From: Catajapyx aquilonaris
Lineage: Eukaryota
Direction: 5' to 3'
DNA length: 39,276 nt
Assembly (NCBI GenBank): GCA_000934665.2
Contig: JYFJ02003642.1
Location: forward strand, 1-39,276
Part shown: positions 27,929-39,276 of the stretch, piece by piece
Layout: the number at the start of each line of letters is the position of its first letter
Numbering within the stretch: position 1 is the first letter of the stretch
Notes under the pieces: generated by a model
What the model saw: only the letters and a program-made list of their open reading frames with translations
Database searches by the model: none
What the model was told of the DNA's origin: nothing
Translations under genes and position numbers: made by a program

Positions 27929-28379
27929 GTTGGTGTTACGTACAAGTGACTGACTCTCGGATCCTCAGCAATTAATATATACTCACCTGAGACACCCGAA
28001 TAATCCCCGTTCATTTTCCCCGCTCAATTTTGTACTAGTTTACACAATCATGCAGGTAAAATCACTGTCTTTATCAGTGACGAAACGCAGCTTCTCTTTG
28101 CAAACGTTACACCTGAGTTGATAGCGGCAGAGTAATTCCTGATCGGAGTGCTACTGGCCTTTGATTGGATATCTCTGTGTAGTACACACGGCCGTGATGA
28201 TACGTACGGTGTGATTCATGTTGTTGAGCATTCCCCCTGTGATGACAGCTCATTCTCGCGGAACCATTATTATTTCTTGTTGCGGGGACAGAATTTTAAT
28301 CAATGTACTGTTACATAGAAGATATTATTATATTTGCCATTCTCACACAGATCAAGTTAGGACTGTAGATAAAATTATA

Positions 28380-29046
28380 ATAGTAAAGTCAAAATTTTTA
28401 GGCAAATGCCAAAGTTCATTTACAGTTGGGATTGTTTTTGTAAAGAGATCTATCCATTTCATAAGTGCATGAAGGGACAAATTAATGTAGGTTTTATAGT
28501 GCCTGATATTGCCTATTTCGTGCTTTTGGGAACTATTTTTCCTATTCGGGCATTTTTGAGCCTTTTCATGCCCATTTGGCATTTTTGGGGGATAATATGT
28601 GGAAACTTTTTGTATAAATTTCGGGACTTTATGAGCCTGGACCTATTCCTTCAGAGGCATGTTTGTTTTTTGCGACGTATTTTTTGGGCTCCTGTGAAAG
28701 GACCAAAATCGTTCAAAGTGTTTAGTTTAATTTGGTAAAATATTTGGTAAAATACTGTGCAAATGGTGACGGGCTGTAAGCGTAAAATCCAGAGCAAGTT
28801 AAACTTGCTTTCACTTTGTGTCTTTTGCCCAGGTTTTGTGATTTTCTGTCTGTTTATCGTTGCTATTCGGTTTTTGCTTTGGTTTGGTCTTCAGGTCTAT
28901 AAATTTTTTCGTGTCTAGCTGTATTATTTTCTGTAACAGTATCCTACATATGCCCGCAAAATAAAATTTTTTGTGCATATTTGAGTGTATATTTTTGCCT
29001 ATTTCAGGATATTAATTTTTCGTGCCTAAAAATCCGGGCTTTAGTG
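28380..29046. mobile_element. Degenerate TIR element upstream of IL-17-like copy B
   Basis: TAAAGTCAAAATTTTTAGGCA at ~28384 versus TGCCTAAAAATCCGGGCTTTAGTG at ~29023-29046. The segment is absent from the paralogous region upstream of copy A. No TSD is resolved. Confidence 0.45.
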
Positions 29047-30225
29047 TAATCACATACCAGAAAGTACTTCCCGAAGTCCGCAAATCCAGCCAGGAGAACA
29101 GGGGCGTGTTGTTCCTTTGCAGCACCTTTTTTTCTCATTATGTCATTATTCAATCACACAATTTGCTGTCAGTTTGTGGTATCATTAAAAAAACTCGTGC
29201 CGTTCAGGTTATGCACTTTACTTCAAAGAAATAAATTGTTAAGACAGTGGAAAAAAGTAACAAGCACCATTCTGTAATATAATTTTGCTATACATTCTGA
29301 CATTTTCAAATGGAAACACTCCACCCTAAACAAATGTGCCTATATGGCCATTATTTTGTTTGAAACAAATTTTGCCACAAATTCAAGGGAAATTATCATT
29401 TGTAATTGATTTCAAATTCCTCCCTTGGACATTATTATCCTAGTGGTCATTTCTTATACATTACACATTAGTCATGTTGTGCAGACATATATCAGGTGCA
29501 TAGAACCTCCCTTCAGAGTTTCATCCTGTCGACGCCCCTCAAAATCATTACTTTTTAAAATTAGAAAATAAGTTCCGGTTCCATCATATGGAACCATCTT
29601 GTCCATTTGTGTCAGTTAAAGTGAACGTATACGAAAATGGGCTGATCCACAATCAATATCAGTATAATTATCCTCCAAATTTCACCAATTTAATATTTTT
29701 ATGATTGATAAAAAGCAGTTTGGTACAGTACTAATAGTGAGACAGGACTACTAATCAGGTTCCAAGCTGTTTTTTTCACGTTTGGATACTTTGATCATCA
29801 AGAGAAAGGGGCTAGAAAAAGATGGGTAAACATTCTTGGATGTTGCAGTGTTTCCAAGTGTAGGGCTGCGTAATACCCATTTATTCCGTAAGTTTATTCC
29901 CACATGAAACTCTATGTTATTGCCTAATCATCTAAATTACCAACTGATATAAAATGTCCAGTGACATCCTTATATGTTCTCCATTATTTTTAAAAAAATA
30001 GAGGCGGAATACATTATAGTTATGATAAACGAGACCCCGATTTGAGAGTAATGTTGTGTAGATGATCATTCACATTGTCAGTGAAAATTAATTAGATTGC
30101 CATTACCTTAAAAGAAACTATACGATATACTCCACCAATATGCGCATCCGATATGAAAATGGTTCAGGCAAGGGTGGTGAGTATTTCTGGGTGGCATGGA
30201 TGTGCAAAGAGTCATTACTGGTCGT

Positions 30226-33064
30226 TCATCTGGGTCTGATCTTCATGGCTGCTCTTCTCAGAGAGTAACTCCATGATCCCTTCCAGTTATAGCCCCAGAT
30301 GACACCTTGATCGTATTGGCCGTGCTCTCCCTTGAGATAAGCTCCGTTCAGATTGGAACGGAGGCATGATCTGTACGACGATCCCCCACTGAACCACCAG
30401 CCACCCTTGAACTCCTCTGCGCAGTTCCTTCCACCCCCACCATCGTTGTCCCTGTCTCTTGTGGAGAAGGCCCTGCCATTGTGCCAGCCACTTAGATAGT
30501 CCACCGGGTCTCCTCCCGGTCCCTTCTCGTACCCTCCCACAGTGAGGTTGTACTTCTCCTGCTCATCTTGGACCACGAAAACGTGGTACAAGGCGACCCT
30601 CTCCTCCCCCTCCCAATCCTCCAGGTCCACCCGGAGCGTCATCGGAGTGGAAGGGTCACTGGTCAGTCCGTGGATGGTGTCCAGACCTGTACGGGGTGGG
30701 ACAAAACGGGTTAAGTTTCATGGAGATTACCATAGATATCGGACTACTATACGTATTATACAGTACACTGACAATGAGTACAGTATAATTATGTAATAGT
30801 AGTCCGATATTTATGGGTATTATACAATCAAAAGCAAGTCCAGCAATATTATGGAACGACAATATTCAGAATAGGTTTCGACGTAGAAAATATTACTTTT
30901 AATATCATTTCAGGAAAATGAATAAATAACTTATCCTGCTACGTAACAATACCTATAATATTATAGCTACACAAACCTCCTCCACCGACGGCCTATCGCA
31001 TGAAGCAATACATCTCGCCCGACGTGCCATTTTGGTCCGAAAATACAGCTTTTATTGGGTAAGGCCTATACATGGAGCTACAAGGTACCTAAGTTGATAC
31101 TTTCAATGTATATTAAAATGTACATCGAACGAGATGTCTTCGGGTGAAATTATCTGCCTTCAATCAAATAATGTGACACGAGGTGGGGTTATTCGTTATG
31201 AAAAGGTAAATTGAACGTGATGTTTTCAAACTAAATTAGTTGCTTGTAAGGTTGTAATACTAATGGGTATGTCGTGTAATATAAAAATGTCGAAATTATA
31301 CAGAAATCGTTTGCCCTGAAAGATTGGTTGAAGAGAAGCAATGATCACAAGTCAGTCGCGTCATTAGTGTTTTTGTCAATATAGTTGTTGTTTATTTCCT
31401 CTGCAAAGTAGTGCCAGTGCTGCAGAGAACATTCCATAACTTTTGTCCATATACTTCAACTTGGCACTACACCATCCGACATAATCACTATCATGCCGTA
31501 TATATCATCATCGCAAAATAATATTGTTTCGCAGTTTTCATCTTGTCCATTTAAACCATTCGTATACATTAGGACTATTTATATATCTGGTGAATAACTG
31601 CACGTCACCATAATTTTGAATGATGGTTCGTTAAAGGTCTGTCAATCCATTCGTCTCCTGTGATGGTGACAATAAGTGATAAGAGTGCAACTCACCCAGC
31701 CAGAACTCCCCTTCCAGATCACCAAACCCTGTCTTGTAATCTTCCCATCCTCTGTCGAAGTCCACGTGAGGCTCGATGTCATCTCTTCTTTGTATGACAG
31801 TCCACCCTCCTCCATCCGTGGTCATGTCGCAATACACCTGGGGACGAGACAACATTAGTGGGTGACGTAAATTCTACACCTGTATTAATTGAAGCCATCC
31901 ACCATGAAGCCCACAATCATTCAGAGTGAATGCGACCTTTTATCCGCGAGCCTCACCTTGACTTGTTTTCCAGAGATTGTCACTGAATACAAGCCAGATG
32001 TGTTGAGTCCTCTTTGCTTAAGGTCGTAGCAATTACTTGATAGATGAATAATTATTGCAGGAGTTGTCAGATCTGAAAGAATTGATGCAAATCTATATCA
32101 TTATATGTACTCAGCCATTTTGTAGTCATGGAATCGTCACGAACAGCTGGAGTGATATAGTGCGAATATTGCATTCAGATCACTGGAAATTACTCGACCA
32201 AAAATGTATAGTTAACTGAACACCAAATCTTAGAGGATCCCAAATAAATTAGTGTTATATGTACTTCCGGTAGGGAAATTATTACCCGAGAAGGAATCGA
32301 GCTGAAAAAATACGTAATTGAATAATAATTAGCCTACCTTTTCCTCGTAACGCCTGAATTAGATTCCTGCAGGCGAAAATGACATTTATACCGTCAGAAA
32401 ATATTGTGAGTGGATGTACAGTACGTGGTTTGTAATAGGCCTACAGTTGCACATGAAAAATGTGAAACTCAGTTTTATGGTTTATACTCTATCAATTAGA
32501 GTTCTGCGAATATTCACATTGCTAATTCTCAATTTTGGAACTTTCTCCACTATTTCAAAATAGTCACAACTGGTGGCGCAAGGAAGGACATGCGCAGTTG
32601 ACTCATCTGGCATATACTTCCAAAATGCTCTGTGAATTATTTTAGTCGGGATATATAGCAGGCTCATTTTTCACCTCACCTCGGCTATAACAGACTTGGA
32701 CCTTCTCTTCTAATGATTTCATTCTCTCTTCTAACGATTTCATTCTCTCTTCTAATGTCTCCTTAATTTCCTTCACTTCTCGTGCTGCATAATGAAAATA
32801 GCAAGATCATATTAATGGACTTTAACAAGACTTGATAAAATAATGTCCCTCATTACCTGATCGAGCAAATCCATCCTCCACAGCTCTCATCACAGATTGG
32901 ATGGCCAGTTCTAGTCTGTCTTCCTGACTGGGTTCCTTTGGACGGGCAGCACGGGGAATGTTTTCGGCCGCATCATTAGTCAGGGCCAGGGAATGATTGA
33001 CCCCTGACAGGAACAGAAGGGTGACCAACAAATGGAGACCAAATAAACTGCTGATGTTGGCCAT
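30226..33064 (-). CDS. Secreted FReD protein, copy 4 (5 exons)
   Basis: Exons ~33064-32857, 32784-32680, 32072-31957, 31837-31696 and 30686-30226. It is closest to copy 3 (shared long introns) and has a full FBG domain with the [21 protein letters not shown] insertion. Confidence 0.93.
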
Positions 33065-33273
33065 CGTCTCGGAGGATGCTGCACTCGACTCAATCAGACG
33101 ACGCTCCTTTCTCCTCAATCCTGTAGGGCGTATTGCATAAAGGGTGACATTGGTGACCGAATATAAAACATTATTTGTGGCCAGCAGAGGGCGAGACTTC
33201 CTTATCGGCGGAGATTATATTTCCCAAATCATTAGGAAGAGGAGGCTCGTGGATCGGATGAAGCCACACTCTA

Positions 33274-33839
33274 TACAGGGTGTTTACGACCTAACTTTAC
33301 AAACTTCTAGGGATGATAGAAGGGACCAAGACAAACATTTTTGACATAGGAAACCGTGTCCGGAAACGCCATCTAGAGGGGGTTCATAGACAAGGAATGG
33401 GTGCGCTCAGACTCGTCACGCGTGAGGCGCTAGGCGAGCGGACTGTTTTGTTGATAGATGGCGCTCAGATAGTAAACAAGATTGTGATGTGCCATAACGT
33501 GGCAACAACTGAGCCATCTACCAACTAAAGTCCTCCTCCTAGGAGACGCGCGGATAGTCAACAGCGGTTCTGTTGTTGCCAGGTTATGGCGTATCGCGTT
33601 GTTGTTTACTTACAACGACGCGATACGCCATAACCTGGCAACAACTGCGCGCCATCTATCAACAAAACAGTCCGCTCGACTTGCGCCTCTCGCGTGACGC
33701 GTCTGAGCGCACCCGTTCCTCGTCTATGAACCCCCTCTAGATGGCGTTTCCGGACACGGTTTCCTATGTCAAAAATGTTTGTCTTGGTCCCCTCTATTAC
33801 CCCTAGAAGTTTGTAAAGTTAGGTCGTAAACACCCTGTA
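33274..33839. mobile_element. Tc1/mariner-type foldback MITE in FReD copy 4 promoter
   Basis: ~190-bp TIRs begin TACAGGGTGTTTACGACC, with a TA duplication. The empty site GCCACACTCTACTGGGTG is visible in the copy-3 promoter (~26606-26623). Confidence 0.92.
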
Positions 33840-34748
33840 TACTGGGTGAAAACATCCTTCTTGGCCAGATAATAAGTGATAACCCCGATCACTCGGAAAA
33901 TGTGACGAGGGAAGTGGGCAGAAGAAGGAAGACTGTCTCAAAATACTCCATCTCATGTCGCCGCAGCATCCTTTGGAGGCGGACAAGATCCCGTATCACT
34001 GAGTATATATTCATTCCCCCTAAAGGAAACACTGAAAATAGCAATTATAGCTACTGTTAATGCCTGTTAGAGAATCATATCAGGGCCTAAACCGCCAGAG
34101 GCATCGACGAATTGTTTTCGGATTCAGCGGACCCTAAATAGGCCCCATACAGTAAACTTACGGTCTCTTCTCTGATGTCTACACCGAAATGAGAATACAA
34201 AATTCTCCCAGAAGAAAAGTAATTCCAACAAATATTTGTATATGAAGTAACATTTCATTTTTATTACAGTTCTGTGTACAAAAATGTCAAAATAAAAACA
34301 TGAATAAATATTGGCGCACCACATGTAGCAGGTTTGTAATGTCGATAAAATTATTTATCATAGCATTCATAGGTAATATTTCGGCTTATTATTCTCTCCG
34401 TCCGACCTGTTCCGACCTGATAGTTTGTTTGGATATGGTTTGATAACAACTTGTGAATTCCAATAAACCTGCAAATGGTGACTATCAAAGTAGCTTAAAT
34501 AATCAAATTATCAAAAATTTCAATCGAATACGATATTAGTTCTAGGTTCCGACACCGTTGAACTGAAGGCGCTGCGAGCGGACAGCGATACGAATCAAAT
34601 CAGATCGGTTCTGATGACGCGGATAGGAACGCACCCGCTCAAACAAAGATGGCCGCCGTTCAGACTAGATCAACCCGATTTGTCGCCTTTTACGTCCTCT
34701 AAGCCTGCCCCAGTCACAGGGGTCAGAGGTCACCGCCTGTCAGTGGAA

Positions 34749-35736
34749 ATGGACAGGCTTCTGGAAGCGTACGGAAGCGACAGCGAAGATGAATCGGACC
34801 AAAAGGGGCCCGGTTTGGCTGAAGGTAGTGGCCCTACCGCATGTTTAACCCTGCATTTTTTCCATGTTGATATACCTGCAGGACGTGTTGTGTTGGAGGA
34901 AAAGCTGCCTTCACCCAATCTGGACTGGATCAGAGTGGACAAGGATGAGCCACCAGAAGCGGTCGAGAGTCACAAAGGAAGGGTGCGCAACTTCCCACAT
35001 TTGCGGGGGAACTGGGCCACATACCTATCTATCAAAGGTGAGATGCACATAACTTGTAGTCTGAAGTGCACTAAGTAAATTATCATTTCAGTACCACCGT
35101 CTGAAAGCATGTGGCTGGACGCTTTATCCGAAGCAATATGTAGCCGCTGCTCCGACATGTCGTTGAACCAAGCGGACGACTATCACCTGAGTCTGTCCCG
35201 CACATTTGTGATCCGCTACCACTGGATATCATCGCTGGTTCAGTCCGTCAAGTCCAAAGTCAAGGAATTTGTCAGGTACTGTGGCATTGTTGCGAGTGTC
35301 AGCCGGTTTCTGACATTGTTTTCAAGCTTTCCGGTGGTGCTGCTGCCGTCCCTCGGTGTATTCACCAATGATGAGAACACCTGCACTTTCCTGGGCCTCC
35401 AGACGCATTCGCAGCAGCCGTCACTCTTGAAAGAAGTTGTGTCCGCTATGGACTCATGCCTCGAGGAATTTCAGCTCCCAATGTTTTACAAGGTGCGTCA
35501 TGCTTTACATTCAGCGATCCACGAACTGAAAGCGACAATTACTTTGGCAGGATCCAGCGTTTCATGTGAGCTTGTGTTGGTGCGTAGGAAACAAAATGTC
35601 GGAGCTCGAGGCGCAGCTTCCGAAGCTCAACTCCGTTTGCCATCAGATCATGTCAGCGCCACGCACGTTCGCAGTGTCACACGTACACCTGCAGACTGGA
35701 AAGAAGGAATTTGCTTTCCCGTTGGCTTCCATGTAA
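34749..35736 (+). CDS. USB1: U6 snRNA phosphodiesterase 1 (2H family), 5 exons
   Basis: N-terminal LLEAYGSDSEDE, H.GRVRNFPH.RGNWATY, first 2H motif HLSLSRT..IRYHWI, FTNDE.TCTFLGL, and FYK|DPAFHVSLCWCVG (second 2H motif). Exons ~34749-34813, 34882-35037, 35092-35275, 35328-35492 and 35551-35736. Confidence 0.93.
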
Positions 35737-35873
35737 GGCGCATTAATTAAGACAAATTGATCAATCACAGACTGAAAATAAATTTAATTTTATAACTTGG
35801 ACCAATTACATTATTATCATAAGAATATTTTTTTCCCCTAATGTACAACTGATGCTACATACATTTATGGAAT

Positions 35874-36164
35874 AATAATAATAATAATAATTCATACCCC
35901 GTTATCAGCCATCGGCTCTTTAGGGGGGAAGTTTGTTTTGGCTGGAACTCTTTGCTTTCATTTTACTGTGCTCATTGGGATAGGATAGGGACGGAAGGAA
36001 GCGGCTGTGGCCTATTAATTACGGAAGCAACTCCGGAATTTCCCTGGAAGGACCGTGGGAAACCACAGAAAACCACGGTCAGAGTTGCCGGTCCCGGGAT
36101 TCGAACCCAGGACCTCCCGATTAGCAGTCGGACGCCTTATCCACTATGCCAACCTGCTTCGGTC
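35874..36164 (-). mobile_element. tRNA-derived SINE, apparently full length, with (TTA)n tail
   Basis: A/B boxes at the 5' end (36164 side), (AAT)n at ~35871-35891, and a 12-bp TSD CATTTATGGAAT (35862-35873 / 36165-36176). Confidence 0.92.
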
Positions 36165-36355
36165 CATTTATGGAATGAAGATCCTGTATAATGTTTTTCA
36201 TGAGATTCCTTACAGAAAGCGTAATAAGGACAGCAATGTACACATCATCTTGAAAGCAACGTACAGGAAACATGTCCTGTAATTCGTACAAAAATACTGA
36301 ATATAATGCGAATTTCATGTACACTCGCAGCTGACTACATTTTGTACGACAAAAC

Positions 36356-37093
36356 TCATAACTTAATATCTACGTGCACCTTCCTCGTGTGCACCGACAA
36401 TTTAGCCACAGAACTGAAGCTCCTGTAGCATACTGGACAACTGGCAGGACCGCTGTGCGTTTTCATGTGCCTTTTCAGCACATGAAGATCGTAAAACTTC
36501 CTCGGGCAAACCTCGCAAAGGTACGGCTTCTCTCCAGTATGCGTCCTCATATGAGCCACCAGACTGTTCAACGAGCTCAACTTATTGCCGCAAACGCGGC
36601 ATACGAAATCATTCCCCTCTCTGTGCCTGTTCATGTGCGTCCGCAACTCAAACGAACTGCAGAATCGCTCGGTACAAACTTTGCAATGAAACGGCTTGTT
36701 CCCAGCATGCGGCCAGATCTGCCGTGTCAAATCAGACGACGGATTAGCTTTCCTACTGCAACCCTGGCTAAAGAAAGCATGCTGTCGTCTCCGATCTTTC
36801 CCTTCAACATTCGTTGCTTCCAGCTTGATGTCATCCTTTTCTTCCTGAAAAGTAGCAGCCATGTCATCTACCGTACATATTTGGTTTTTTTTTAGTCGTA
36901 CCTTAACAGCGCCTTCAATTGCTAAAGGATCATGCTCATTGTCAGAACAACTTGACACTGGCAGCATAACCTCTTCAGCTTCCACCTTAAAACCTGCAAC
37001 GACATCCTCTGATATTTCTTCTTTCAATGCTGCTGGTGTCCACATTTCTGTTTGCTCTGCTTCCTCCACTTCTTTCTTCACAACCACCGACAT
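36356..37093 (-). CDS. C2H2 zinc-finger protein (four fingers, acidic VKxE-type N-terminus)
   Basis: CKVC..HMNRH, CRVC..HMRTH-TGEKPY, CEVC..HMKTH and CPVC..HTRKVH, with a probable 57-nt in-frame intron at 36845-36901. Confidence 0.9.
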   Translation of the reverse strand: MSVVVKKEVEEAEQTEMWTPAALKEEISEDVVAGFKVEAEEVMLPVSSCSDNEHDPLAIEGAVKVRLKKNQICTVDDMAATFQEEKDDIKLEATNVEGKDRRRQHAFFSQGCSRKANPSSDLTRQIWPHAGNKPFHCKVCTERFCSSFELRTHMNRHREGNDFVCRVCGNKLSSLNSLVAHMRTHTGEKPYLCEVCPRKFYDLHVLKRHMKTHSGPASCPVCYRSFSSVAKLSVHTRKVHVDIKL

Positions 37094-37442
37094 CTTCCCC
37101 CTCTGAAAATCATGGTCCAGTTACATTTTTGCAAAAGGTGACATTGGCCGCCTTCTACTCACCCTGTACCAGCCACAGTCTCCGCACAAATCGCCTTAAA
37201 AAGGAAGAAAACACCCGAAAAATTCACTCATCAACATATAAAAGTGGACGCCATCTTGAATTCGGGTGCATTCCTGCTCACGTTAGTGAAACCGGTCAGA
37301 ACCACAATAACGGCGATTTCCCTTATGCGCTATTAAATCGCTGCTACTTGTCACTGCAGCTATTCGCGATTTTGGAATTATTGTTTTGAAAAATATTTTT
37401 AAAACCAGTTTTAAGTCGAATTTAATGTATGTAGTGCATCCA

Positions 37443-39028
37443 CTACACTTTGTTTGTGTCCAGAATGTCTTGCACCGTGGTCCAAGTGCCGTTATTCGGC
37501 CTAGGAGGAATGCCGAGCAGGTACGGGTACAGCTGGTAGATGTCGACCATTGCTATGGGCCGATGGATGGCTTTCTTCTTCTTGAAGTCCGGTCCGGCGG
37601 CGAAGAATATCGACCTCATGTCCTGATCCTCTGGGTCGTAGCCGTGAGTCCCTGATGCTGGGCCTGGAGGTCCGGACGTCGTGATGTAGGACCTGTTGTT
37701 TGCCACTACCAGAATGTCCTGCACCAGACGGCTTCCTTTGTAGTGGTAGCGCTCTGGAATGTCCTCCTTGCGGTACACGTTGACTCCAGTCATGCTTCGC
37801 AGCTGCTGGAACACAGCCTCCTTCTTGTTTTCAGCAGGCTTTACCTGCATCCAACCGCCTTCGTCCAGGACCATACTGACATCATCGGGATTCACCCTCA
37901 AGGTGACATCCTGCACCCCGGAGTTCCTCTCAGTGTGTTTCATTCCGTGGTCCGACACAAGGATAATGTTGACCTAACAGATCAGTACGAACCAATTAAA
38001 CGAACGTAACGACAATAATGGCGGAATATACCTTCTGATGTAGTCCCACTTTCTCCAAAGTGTCTAGGAATGTAAGGAGACCAGCATCTACTTTCTTCAC
38101 CTCAGCCTTACACTCAGGCGACTCGGGTCCAAATAGGTGTCCAATGGTGTCCACTTCCCCGTGGTAAGCCTATAGTTATTATGCACCATATGAAAGTCGC
38201 GCACTACTAGCAACTGGCTAACAAGTAATTCACCATGACGAGATCATATCCGTCCATCAGAGCAGCGAGTGAATTATCCATAAGATGCTCCACGCTCATC
38301 CCGTCTCCAAAAGCTTCGTAACTCTGACACCTTTCTGGTAATATCCCGTCATGCTTCACGTCACATCTGCAACAATATCATAATTATGTGAATGAAAATT
38401 TGGCTGGTATTATGGCCATACTTACGCTGACCATTGGAAGAGAGCTGCTCTTTTCCCCAGCTTCGTGGCAGTGGTCCAGATGGGCTCAACGCTACTCCAC
38501 CATTTCTCATCCAAGTTATTCTTTGGCTTCGATAGAGAAAAGAAACTCTCATTGTCGCAAAAATAATTGCCTACAATGTTGTGGCTTTCTGCGTAGAGTC
38601 CTGTTGAATTAAAGCGTACATTGCAGGTGATCTTGAACGGTTTGTGTCAGTGTTGTACAGACTCAGCCAACAGAATTGAGTGGCATAATAAGTTATTTAT
38701 TTTAAGATATGCGATTACCTGTGCTGAGTGTAGTCCAGCATGGATATGACACTGTTGGAAATATCGGCTGCACCCACTCGGCTCTGATCCCGTTTGCAAA
38801 AAGCTTGCTGAATCCTCTCAGTTGACCAGGTTGGAGGTTGACATAATCCCAACGGAACCTGAAACATAAAATCATCATACGTGAAATATGCAGAGAGCCC
38901 CGTCAGTGAACATCATATTACCCATCTAGTAGCATGATGAACAGGCTGTGGGCCTGTCCATCCTCGGATTTGCAAGTGGTGATGATGACCGCAAAGAGGG
39001 AGATGAGCACTACTAAGGACCACTTCAT
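37443..39028 (-). CDS. Secreted ectonucleotide pyrophosphatase/phosphodiesterase (ENPP6-like), 6 exons
   Basis: Signal peptide MKWSLVVLISLFAVIITTC, then LLDG|FRWDY, FPTVSYPCWTTLSTG|LYAESHNIVGN, WW..EPIW, D.IGHLFGP, VSDHGM, GTHGYD and PRPNNG. Exons splice in frame. Confidence 0.92.
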
Positions 39029-39276
39029 TGTCTGAGATGCGCAAACCACAAATTGGCTTATCCGGAGATGATCTTGCAGGTCCAAAACCACATCTCTTAC
39101 ATGGCAGCCTGTGAAGGGCCAACTATATAGATTTTCATATTATGCAGGAACCTTGAGTGTTTCCTTCCCACAAAATGCTACAATGCCCAACACATTAGCA
39201 GTCCCAAAATGTAAACAACGGTTGCCTGTCAACCATGTTCTGACACCATCACAATAAGGAAGTCGGTCAGTGTTAT

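Overview
Eukaryotic (invertebrate, probably arthropod) genomic DNA with short GT-AG introns. The core (about 11.7-34.4 kb, all on the minus strand) is a tandem array of four intact secreted fibrinogen-related-domain (FReD; ficolin/tachylectin-5-like) genes. Two secreted cystine-knot genes with an IL-17-type cysteine pattern sit between them, and a deletion scar marks where a third apparently stood. A fifth, disrupted FReD copy lies at 0.3-2.9 kb, split by a hAT-type element. The flanks hold two paralogous C2H2 zinc-finger genes with an N-terminal 11-residue-repeat helix, a decayed PARG fragment, USB1, a third C2H2 gene and a secreted ENPP-family phosphodiesterase. Small mobile elements are frequent: a hAT element, a foldback MITE with 7-bp TSDs (x2), PIF/Harbinger MITEs, a Tc1/mariner MITE and a tRNA-derived SINE (x2). 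The best candidate for an undescribed system is the co-duplicated FReD + IL-17-like cassette. All family calls rest on motif recognition and hand-splicing, not on database searches.
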